From NCBI GenBank assembly GCA_001179505.1, contig CDMY01000269.1, forward strand, positions 62,001 through 126,000: 64,000 bases of DNA, read 5' to 3'. Origin of the DNA: Vitrella brassicaformis CCMP3155. Taxonomy: Eukaryota > Protista > Chromerida. Numbering within the stretch: the stretch's first letter is position 1; every line of letters begins with the position of its first letter. Shown here piece by piece: positions 34,685-45,735 of this stretch. Made by a program: the position numbers and the translations under genes. A model generated the notes under the pieces. It saw only the letters and a list, made by a program, of their open reading frames with translations, had not been told where the DNA came from and searched no databases.

Positions 34685-37600
34685 CGGCATCGATGGCCGC
34701 CCCCATGGCCTCCCTGGTGGCCGCTGAGAGGGGCACCGACTGCACTGGGGTGCCAGGCAGGACCACCTCGACGGCCAGCTGTGGCAGGGCAGACCCACTC
34801 CTGAAGCGCAGACAAAGGGGGGCGTGTCGGGATGGGCTCGGCCGAGTGCCTCCAGCTGCTGGTAGAAGTGGCGAATCAGATGCCCCTGCTGCACCGGCGT
34901 CACACGAGGGCCGCGACTGGCCGTGCGATTCGTCGGCGGCTCAGGCAGAGCGTCTTGCTGCAGCCGACTGAGGGTGTCGCTCTTGAGCATAGGATTGCGG
35001 TCGAGTCGGTCGTCTCTGCGGCGCCGTGGCTTGGTGTCACGGCGAGCCGTAGGGTGCAGAGGCACACCGCCCCCTACACCACCTTGACGCAGCTGAGGCG
35101 CCTGTCGCTGTTTGCCGGGCAGAGGATCGTCGCCATCGTCGGCACTTCTCGAGTCTGCCGGGTCGCCATCCAGCATCGCCGCTCGCTCGGACGTGTGGGA
35201 CTGCCTCTTCAAGATGGCCCGTAGGTGGCTGATGGCGGCCTCCTTAGCACCCCGTAGCCCAGCTGCTTGACGGAGAAGGACTTGCTCTTCCTCCTGCCGC
35301 CCACCTGCCAGCGGGCTTCCCATGCGTTTTTCGTCTTGTCGAACCTCACGCCCCTGACGCCGCTCTGGTGCTTAGATCTCTGCTTTATTGCCGCTTGGCC
35401 AGTGCGGTCCATCTCGAGACGGTGCTGCTCGGCCAACGCCTGACGCACATTTGAGAAAAAATAGAGGATAAGATGGAGGCAGGGTGCTGGAATGCGATGT
35501 CGGTACCTTTGCTTTGTCGAAGCCATGGTCCTTGACATAGAAGGTCTTGAGCTCCTCGTTGCCGCTGCTCTTCTCGTACCACTTCGCTTTCCACGACTGC
35601 TCCCTTGCATACCACGAGACGCCCGACACGTGCGACTGGTGTTCGGCAGCCTTTCGTGTGACGGCCTCGCCCTCATCCCTGGCTGTCTTGTTGGCCTGTG
35701 GCCTCGGCTTCCCCTCGATGGATGGTTTGCTGCTGCTGGACAGAGCCGTATCTCTGCGGCGGTGCTTTCGAGAGGGGCTGTGGTCGGCCGACTCGTCACG
35801 CAGCGAACCCTCTGGCCGCACCGAACCACTCCCCTCCTGCTGCCGGTCGAGCCATGAGAGGTCGATGACGCTCGCATGGTCGCCGAGTTTGTCACGGTGG
35901 ATGGTGTTGCGGTACGCCACACATTGGCGGAGAGCCTCGATGATGCTGTCACGGGAGTCAGGGGCGTCGATGACGAACTTGCGGAAGCCCAGGTGCTTGC
36001 CCTGGCTGTCAAAGTACGCGGCGAAACGTCTCGGTGAAGTCATACAGACGCCGAATCTGACGAGACGCCAAAGATAGGATGCAAAAATATGTCGCTCCCC
36101 CTTGTCGTGTGTGTTGCTCACCCTCCATTGGCGGGCGGACAGGCGTCGTTGAACCGTCGTACCAGTCGGTTCACCAGGGCCGTGGCGAGAACAGGTCCAG
36201 TCAGCCCATCCACGTCGGCCTCATCGTGCGCCCCCTTGCGGTCGACAGTCTGGCGCTTGGGGGCGGGGCGACGCGGCGGGTCCCCTTGGCCTGGACGATG
36301 GGGCGATGATGATGAGATTTGCGACTCCGTCTCAGACGATAAAGACATGGCGGCCTGCCGGCTTGACTGACTCGCTTGTTGTTTGCGGCTGCGACGGCCA
36401 GGAGGAGGGCGGTCGACCTCGATGTCTCCACGGGGCTCCACCTCCTCTGACACCGCCCCTCCCTTAGGTGTGTGGCGCCCCTCCCGTCTATGTCGGGGCG
36501 GTGTCTGATGGCGGGAAGCCTCCGCTCGATCGCAACGAGCGGCAGAGTTGGGAGAGGGAGCTGGATCGTGGACGGGCTGGCCGTCGCTGCCCAAGAAGGT
36601 GTAGTGCTGCTCTTGCATGGCCTGTCTGTGTGCTATCGCGGCGTTCTTGGCGACTTCATGGCCGAGCTCTTTGACGGAGAAGGACTTGGTCCTTGTTTGG
36701 CCGCCCTCCTTCCAGGTGGCAACCCACGCGTTGTTCTTGTAGTGGACGCCCCTGACGCCGCTCTGGTGCTCCGCTCGCTTCTTGATGGCCGCCCGGCCAG
36801 TGCGCTCCATCTCGCGACGATGCTGCTCGGCCAACGCCTGCTAAAAAAAGGATCACGGACATGAGAGAGTGCGTGTGTCATGCGTTGTTCTTTCTTGCCT
36901 TCTGCACCTTTGCTTTGTCGAAACCGTGCTCGCTGACGTAGAAGTACTTGCGTTCCTCCTTGCCGCCCTCGTACCACGACGACACCCAGGCCTGTTGCTG
37001 CTCGAGCCAGCGGACGCCCGAGACGTCTGACTGATGCTGGGCGGGCTTGGGGATGACGGTCTTGCCGCCTTGGGTGGCCTTGCGCCTCGGCTGTCCGTCG
37101 GACAAGGACATGTCACCATGCCGATCCATGTCATCACGACCACCGGCACCGCCCCCATCCTACACCCTGCCGTGGTGCTTCGGACGCTTGGACGCCGTAC
37201 CATCACTCGTGCCCTTGCCGGTTTCACGATTCTGCAGCTGTTGCTGTGGGTGCAGGTTGATCCTCTGCACGTCGATCATGATAGCACCACCACCAGGGCA
37301 GCTGTCCTGCTGATCCAAGTGCCGAGATGACGCCATGCTGCCGCCCCGCATATCGATATCATTCTCCTGTGCAGCGGGGGGCGACGGCTGAGGGCGGGAA
37401 GCTTCGGGTCGACCGTGGCCGGCGGCAGAGTGGTGAAGAGAAGGCGGCTGATGGACGGGCTGGCTGTCGCTGCCCAAGGGGGTGGAGCGCCTTTCCTCCA
37501 TAGCACGGCGGTGCGCGATCGCTGCCTGCTTGGCAGGCTCGTAGCCGAGCTCAGCGACGGAGAAGTACTTGGTCTTCGTTTTGCCCCCCACCTGCCATTT

Positions 37601-40600
37601 GGCCACCCAGCGCTTCTGTGTCTTCTCGAAGTTGACGCCCCTCACGCCGCTCTGATGCTTGGATCTCTTCTTGGTTGCCGCCTGGCCAGTGCGCTGCATC
37701 TCACGACGATGCTGCTCGGCCAACGCCTGACAGACACATGACAGGCACAACATGGTCTTGTGGTGTTGCCCTTAGCTGCACCTTTGCTGTGTCGAAGCCG
37801 TGCTCCCTGACGTAGAAGGGCTTGTACTTCCTCTTGCCGCCTTCCAACCAGTCGGCCCTCCATGTTTTTTTCGTCTCTTCGTAGGAGACGCCCGTGACGT
37901 CCGACTGATGCTCGGCAGGTTTGCGAATGACGGTGTTGCCCTTGCCGGCCTTGTGCCTGGGCTGTCCGTCACGCGAAGACACGTCATCAGCCCAATCCAT
38001 GTCGTCACCGCCACCAACACCACCCACATCCGCCCCGCCACCGTCATGATGCGTCGGACCCTTGGAGGCTGCACCAGCACTCGTGCCTTTGTCGGCGTCG
38101 TGCTTGTCCGTTGGCTGTGGGTGCAGATTGATGCGCCGCACGTCGACCATGGTTGCACCGTCGCCAGCCGTGGCGTTGCGGTGGTGGGCCGCTTGGGCGG
38201 AGGCACGCAGGATGAGACGGGATGAAGTCACGTCAGGCACACTGAAGACACGCTCGTCGTGCTTGGCCTCCCCGTCCCGTCGACAAGCCACGAAGCTGGC
38301 CTCCTCGGCGTCCCACTCGAGACCAAAGCTGCATGGCACACATATCAAGGAAAACGATAATGAGTGGCCTATTCCTGTCTGCGGTCTGCATTCCTGCTAT
38401 CCACCTGTCGGCATCGCCTCGGTTTACGTCCGTCAGCTGTCGCCTTGCCTGCTCCACCAGGCTGGCTGCCAGAGCGTGGCCGCTCCCCTCACTCAGCTTC
38501 GCCGACACATGTCTTTCCTTCCCGCCTCCCGACCGGTCGCGACGGCGCTTGGCCCCCGGTCGATGTGGCAGCTCCTCGCCCTCACGACGGCGATGTGCCT
38601 CCGATGTGGGTCGAATGGGAGGCGGCAGGAGTTCATCCTGACTGTCCCTCCTGCTGCCCGGGCGATGGCTGGGCTCCCCACTCTCCGGACCAAACGGGTC
38701 GGCCATCAGCCTCTCACTGACACGATGTGCGGACCGGCCTCTGTGGCGGCGCCCAGGCTGAATATGGGGCGCCATGGGGTCATTGCTGTCAGGTGTGTGG
38801 TCACTGGGGCCCTCAGATAGAGACGGGGCCGGCATGGGCTTGCGCCTCGCTCCGCTGCGGCGGCGCGTCCGAGGTCGATTGCAGCCGTCGGGGCTGATGT
38901 CATCGAGCCAGCTGATGTCCAGGGGGACGGCGGCCTCTCCCGTACTGACAGTGCTCAGACGGCTGAGCTCCTCGACAGCGCGGCGAAAAGCGGCGACAAC
39001 GGCCGAACGGGAGCTGAGGTCGACCACCGGGACATCGACAATGCGCTCAGTCGCACCCTCCCCGACAGAGGACGGCACACGGACACGGAAGCTGCCGTCC
39101 TGCCAACACAGCCCGCATGACCTGCCCGAAAGAGCCAAACCCACACACACATGCACACACGCGACAAATCTGGCCCTTCCTTGTCTTCCCTTGTCTTTCC
39201 TTACCCGTCGCTGCTTAGGACATCAACCAGCGCAGCAGCCAGGTCGCCGCCCTTCATCCCACCCATGTGTGGCCCGCAGCTGGGGGGGCCGTGGCGGCGC
39301 GCCGAGTGAATCGCACCATCATCATTGGGGGGGCTGCAAGGACGGCCTTTATCGCTCTTCGCCCCGCCCTCTGACGTGCGGCGCTGCGACTCCAGGGCAC
39401 GTCTTTCGGCGATCGCGGCACCCAGAGCACCATCATAGCCGAGCTTGTCGATGGAGAAAGACCTCCACTTCTCCTTGCCTCCCTCACGCCAGGTGGCCAC
39501 CCATGAGTTGCTGCTCTCGTTGTACCTCACGCCCTTGACGTCGCTCTGGTGCTCAGATCGCTTCTTGACTGCTGCCCTCCCCGTACGCTCCATCTTGAGA
39601 CGATGCTGCTCGGCCAACGCCTGATACACACAACACACATGAGAGAGATTGACGATCGCCGTTGGCGTCGCTGTTGTCAGTACCTTTGCTTTGTCGAAGC
39701 CGTGCTCCCCGACAAAGAAGTCCTTGTACTTCCTGTCCCCCTTCTCATACCACGACACTCTCCACGCCTTGTCCCTTTCCGCCCATCTGACGCCACGGAC
39801 GTCTGACTGGTACCTGCCCTCCCTGGCGTTGGGCGTCGGTGCTCCGTCGTGGGCTGGGGGGCAGCTGCCGAGCGGATGTGTGTGGCGAGGCTTCGGCGAT
39901 GGGCTGCGATCGACGGCTGACTCCTCATCGGCGGGCCCTGCCGACTCGGTGACTCTCTCCCCGCTCACAGTGGACTGAGGCCGATGACCATGGCGACGTT
40001 TGGCCGACAGACCTGGAGAAAACAACACAGACAGTCACAACTGCTGGGTGAGTATCACACACAGGGTGGGTACCTTTGTGACGGCGTGGCTCGTTGTGAG
40101 GTGGCTCAGCCACCCAACCACCAGCAGCAGCAGGGGGCATACACGAGGGACCGGGTGCACCGATGGGTAGCGCGTCGGCGGCGCGGCCAGGAGCGCTGCT
40201 CGACTCTGCACACAAGAAAAAACAGCAGCACGCACACAATGATATGCATCAGAGTCCCCCAGCCTCCTGTCATCCCGACCATCTAATGGCCTGCCTCTTC
40301 GGCCCTTGGGCTCAATGCGGGGCGGCATGGGGTCACGCTTGTCGAGTGGCGGCGGAATGGACCCGTGTCCCGCGAGAGGTGAGTTGCCATCCCCTGCTGC
40401 CCCTCGCTGCGCCTCCTCGAGCCACGAGAGGTCGATGAGCACCCCCTGGTCGCCCAGACGCGAGCTGTGCAGGGCGTTGCGATACTCGACGGCTTGGCGG
40501 AAGGCCGTCAAGATGGCCTCACGGGAGGTGACGTCCTCGCCGACACTGAACTGGCAAAGATCGACAGTGGCCGCAGCCTGGCTGTCCCAGAAGTAGCCCT

Positions 40601-43513
40601 CGAACACATAGGTTGCCCGCCATGAGACGCCGACACTGACACACACACATATCCAGAGACGAGTCCCTCATGACATCCGTCCGTCCGTTCTTGCTGCGAG
40701 TCGTCCTCCCTCGCGTACCCTCCGTTGTTGAGGCAGAGGGAGTGGACATTTGGCTGCTCCTGACGCAGCCGCCGCATCAGTCCACGACCCAACGCGTCGC
40801 CCGTCAGCCCGCCCAGATCGCAGCGGTCAGACGCAGGCGAGAGGCCGCCATCCTCCTCGTCCATCCGCCGCTGCTTGTTTCGCTGGCTGCCATTGCGGCC
40901 CTCGTGTGAGCCACTGCTATCGCTGCCGCTCCATGGAGGCGCCCCTCTCTCGAATGGGGAGTGCCGCTGCTCCATCAAGGCCCGTTTGTGCCGGGTGGCG
41001 GCATCCATAGCAGCCTCGTAGCCCAGCCTGGTATGCTGCCGATTGGTCTTCAGAAGCTGTTTGATGAATCGACTGGCGGCCTCCTTGATGTCCTCGCCGT
41101 CACACTGCCCCACCATGGCCGGCAGCTCGTGACGCACAACGACTCGATGGACGCAAAACTCAGAGAGGGGACGGCAGCCAGCATCGCCCCAATGTTGTGA
41201 CCCACTTGACCATACACACGACAGAGGACCATCCGCTGGGCGTGTGTCACGGGCTGCTGGTCCTCGGTGCCGTCAATGTCCATCTCCTGCTGGCGGCATG
41301 CCCATGCCGCATCGATGGCTGCCCCCATGGCCTCCCTGGTGGCCGCTGAGAGGGGCACCGACTGCACTGGGGTACCAGGCAGGACCACCTCGACGGCCAG
41401 CTGGGTCAGGGCAGACCCACTCCTGAACCGCAGACAAAGGGGGGTATCGGGATGGGCTCGGCCGAGTGCCTCCAACTGCTGGTAGAAGTGGCGAATCAGA
41501 TGCCCCCTCTGCACCGGCGTCACACGAGGGCCGCGACTGGCCGTGTGATTCGTCGGCGGCGTAGCCGGTGGGCCCTCCCGCAGCCAACTGGGGGCCGGCG
41601 AGGGATTGCGGTAAAATCGGTCGTCTCTGCGGGGCCTCGGTCGGTCGGTGTCACGGCGAGCAGTAGGGTGCAGTGGCACACCGTCCCCCACACCACCGTC
41701 ACGCAGTTGAGGCGCCCGTCGGTGTCTGACGGGTGGAGGATCGTCGCCATCATCGGCACTTCTTGCATCAGCCTGGTCGCCATGCCTCTCCGCCCCTCCC
41801 TCTGACGTGTCCAATCGCCCCATCTTCTGTCCGTGTCTGATGGCGGCCTCCTTGGCACCCTCGAAGCCAAGCTGGTCGACGGAGAAGGGCTTGGTCTTCT
41901 GCTTGCCGGCCTCCTGCCAGCTGGCCACCCATGAGTTGCAGCTCTTGTGGTAGTGGACACCCCGCACGCCGCTCTGGTGTGTCCTCCTGACTGATGCCCT
42001 CCCCGTACGCTCCATCTTGAGACGATGCTGCTCGGCCAACGCCTGAAGCCAAGACGGAATAAAAATAAGGTGTGTGGCGCCTCTCGGGTTTCTTCCCACC
42101 TTTGCTTGATCGAATCCATGATGTTTCATGTAGAAGTACTTGTGCTTCTGCTTGCCGTCACCCTTGTCGTACCAAGTCGCCACCCAGGCCTGGTCCTTCT
42201 CAGCCCAGTGGACCCCCTGCATGGCAGACTGATGCCCCGCACGCTTGCCGATGACGGCCTTGCCCGTGCCGGCCTCGGCTGTCTTGCCGCCCTTGCGCGT
42301 TCGCGGCTCCTTCTTGGCCCACAGACCTAAGAGAAAACACCACAGGCACCCAAAATGGATGGGTGGTCGACGATAGGAATGGTGTGGCTGTCTACCTTTG
42401 TCACCGGGAGGCTCATTGTGAGGTGGGTCAGCTGAGCCACCACCACCACCACCAGCAGCAGCGAGGGTCATGGACGAGGGACCGGGGGCACCGGCGGGCG
42501 GTGAGCCATTGACGGGGGAAGGGACGCCAATCAACTCTGCACACATGGAAAGACGAACACACACACAATGATATACGTTAAAGTCCCCAAGTCTCTCTCG
42601 TTTCTGCTCTAGCCTTACCTGCAGCAGGTTTCCACTGAGTGACGGTCCGCTCGACGCCATCGATGACATCCGACACACTCTCGAACCGATCGTCAGTGTC
42701 TGCCGTGCCGTTGCGGACGGCCACCAGCAGGTCGCTCAGCATGCTCGTGTCCCAGCCCCTCACCACATCGTCGCGAGTGAGAAGCGCCCGCACCCACAGC
42801 GGCGGCCGGTCGGTCCCTCCCCCCTCCCCCCGCCATGCCGTCACCGCATACCGCTGGCCGTCGCCCTCGTCGGCCACACTGAACTCCAAACCCTCGTACT
42901 CGGCGGAGTAGTTGCGGTGGCCGGGGGTGCCCTTGTTGTGCAACACATCCGACAAGGGGATCGGCCGGCGGCTTGACGTCCTCTCCCGGTTGGAAGTGGC
43001 TGCAGGTCCCTCACTTGAGTGCGGCCCGCCGCCTTGCTGCTTCTTCGGGTCGCGTGGTGCGTGATGCTGGTGGGTGGGCGACGGGTGCCGTTCTGCTGTG
43101 CTGGTGTTGTCGTGTGGTGCTGGTGTGTGTCGGTCTGCGGGGGCTGGTGGCAGTGGGTAGGGGTAGGGGGATGGGTGGGGTTGGGCGTCGGTCGTCTGCA
43201 AGGGTCCTCTGTCGTCTTGGACATTCGCTGCTACACCACCCTGACGCGGCGGATTTGCTGATACACCAACACGCGGTTGGCAGCCGGCGCCAGTCGGCTG
43301 TTCAAGGCCCTCCGGGGCGGCCGAGTGGCGCCGCTGATGAGATACAGACGAGCGGTTGTCCTGACGCATCTCCCTCTCTGGTACGGCCGCGCCGGCAGCA
43401 TGTGACGACGACCCATGAGTCGCCGAGGCCGCCTGCAAGATGTCTGCCAGAGCCCGAGAGCCGTCCTCTGCTGCTGGTGAGAAGCCGGCGGGATGAGTAT
43501 GTCGACTCGCCAT
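34685..43513 (-). CDS. Multi-AP2 (ApiAP2) exon chain: 5 canonical AP2 pairs + 4 atypical AP2-like domains; one giant gene or several fused/disabled genes
   Basis: ATG at 43513. Exons can be joined by GT-AG introns all the way down to the gap. The motif GV.W/Y....W.A.W..GG....K.F.V...G.D.AK..A..R recurs. Disruptions: frameshift ~41138, TAG 37160-37162, frameshift ~35251, G-run ~34817-34822. Confidence 0.8.
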
Positions 43514-43800
43514 CGTCACTTTTGTTGCTGCCGTCCGTCCGACTCGCTCACGGGCTCCCCGTTGGCGCCATCAGAAGCAGAGATCACCAAGGTGCGGCAT
43601 CACCGCTCCCGACACCCACCAAGATCGCCAAAAGCGACAAGGGGAGGCGAGTGCACCATCAGATCTCCGTCTGCAGGCCATTCATGATGGGGTCAGCGGC
43701 GTTCTTCGCAAACCTGCGCGGAATCTGAAGCGTGACGCGAGCTACGAAGTGAAGCTCGCGCACTTTCGGCCTTTTCCCCCGAGAACGGCGCCTTCTGACC

Positions 43801-45413
43801 ATGACGAGCCAGCAGCAGGGAGTTGATCTGTCGCGAGATCCCAAGTACAATGTCAACTACACAGGCGCCGCCACCGATGCCAGAACAAGTGAGCACACCA
43901 CACCACACCGCAGCACACTCAGCCCAGCCCGGCACGCCACAGCCCAGACAAGGAAGCCACAGAAAGGAAGAAGAACCAGCAAGAAAGAGACGGCGCAGAG
44001 CAGATGAGATGGCACTCCTCCCAAGACGCCATCGGCAAGGAGGGCGTGTATGCATTTGGCGAGCAATGCTGTCCCTCTCTCTGGGTGTGTTGTGCATTTA
44101 GATGCCGAGCAGGCGCCGTTGATGGAGGACATCGGTCGGCGTGTGGGTCAGGAGGTGATGGATCAGACCAAACAGGGGCTGCAGGACTTGGGCACCAGGA
44201 TGCTCACCGAGGGCAGCAAGTGGTGGGAGGCCAACAGGAAGGAGTTGGAGGGTAAGCAAGTAAGGGAGCCGGTCTGGCCTCGGCACCCAGTGAGGACACA
44301 GGCAGGCAGGCAGGCAGGCAGGCCGCCCAGCCAGCCAGCCAGCCAGCCAGGGTCAGACAGGGGAGGGAGGGAGGGTAGATATCCGCTGTGTGGGTGAGTG
44401 AGTCAGCGGAGTGGGTCGGTGTGTCTGTCTGTGATGATAGTACTGGGCACTGATCGCCTGCCTGCCTGATACAGACAGAGCGGGAACGACATGCTGCACA
44501 CAATACCATATACGCTGAGACATCCACACACACAGATGCGTTTCTTTGCATCCTTCTGTATATACTGGGGTGGGCTCTTTCTCTTGCTTTGCCCGCCATG
44601 CCATTGGTGGTGAATTGATTGTGGTTGTCTCCCTCCCTGTGTGCGTCTGTCTGTGGCTCATTCATTCCTTCAGGTCCGAAACCCCTGCGCATCTTCTGCT
44701 TCATCGGTCAGTGCAGTGAGTGGTTCAGTGCAGTGAGTCCGTCCGTCCATGGCCTTTCCCACGTGTGCGTGTGTGTGTGTGGTGTGTGTGTGGTGTGTGT
44801 GCGTGTGTGGCCAAACACAGGCGGTTTGCTGATGTTCATAACGTCGCTGCTGGGCATGATCAACCCCTTCGCTGCCGTATTCAACGCCCCCAACTACATA
44901 CTCCAGACCTTCTTGGGGTACGCACGCACGCACGCCACAGGCCCACAGTCGAGCACCCACCCATCTCACATAGATGGGGCGTGTCGTCACTCACCTTCTC
45001 TCTATGTATGTATGTTGTGCGGTCAGTCTGTTTGGGTTCGTGACGATGATCCTGGAGGCGTCCAACATCCCGTTCCTCGAGCGGCTGCGGCCCCACGTAG
45101 AGGAGTGGGCCAAATTCCTCACAGTCATCGGCGGAAAGGGACTCTTCTACATGTTCCAGGGTCAGCTACACTGTGTCACACGCGCGGGCTGCCCACACAC
45201 ACGCACACACACCGCCGATCTGTCTGTCTGTGTGTCAGGGTTCCTCGCGATCTCTCTGTGGGGGCTTCTGGACGTCATAGTGGGGGCATACATGGCCGGC
45301 CTGGGCCTTCTCTGCGTCGCATGGCACTTCGGACTCGTCAAGAAAATATCCAGGGTGGGCTAGGCGACAAAACAACACACGCCACACAGCGCATTCTGGC
45401 TGTGCAATCTCTC

Positions 45414-45447
<34 letters not shown>

Positions 45448-45584
45448 CGGATGGTTTGTGTCGATGTGGCCAGCGCCAACGGCAGCAGGCGGCCAACGAC
45501 CCGTCGGCCTCTGGCCCCGGGATGGCCACACAGCAGGGGACCGGCCCGGGGGGATACGCCCCCATGCCACAGGGCGGCGTGTGA
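43801..45584 (+). CDS. COPI-associated/TVP15-family Golgi membrane protein
   Basis: GPKPLRIFCFIG|GLLMFITSLLGMINPF...YILQTFLG|LFGFVTMILEAS...EEWAKFLTVIGGKGLFYMFQ|GFLAISLWG..IVGAYMAGLGLLCV. Stop TGA at 45582-45584. Confidence 0.85.
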
Positions 45585-45735
45585 TGTGATCCACCCATAC
45601 ACTACACGGGCGTATTAGCCTCCCCGTCCTCTCTGTCCACCACTCACACACGGACAGACAGTCGGCGTACCTAATTAGTTACCAAGACGGTTTCTTAGAC
45701 ACTTTTGGGGGATGGATGCTCTAGACTCTCTCTGA

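Noticed and set aside
27692-43513. AP2 array as a transposon or HNH-AP2 homing endonuclease cluster
   Set aside because: No HNH, integrase, transposase or RT motifs, and no TIRs or TSDs were seen.
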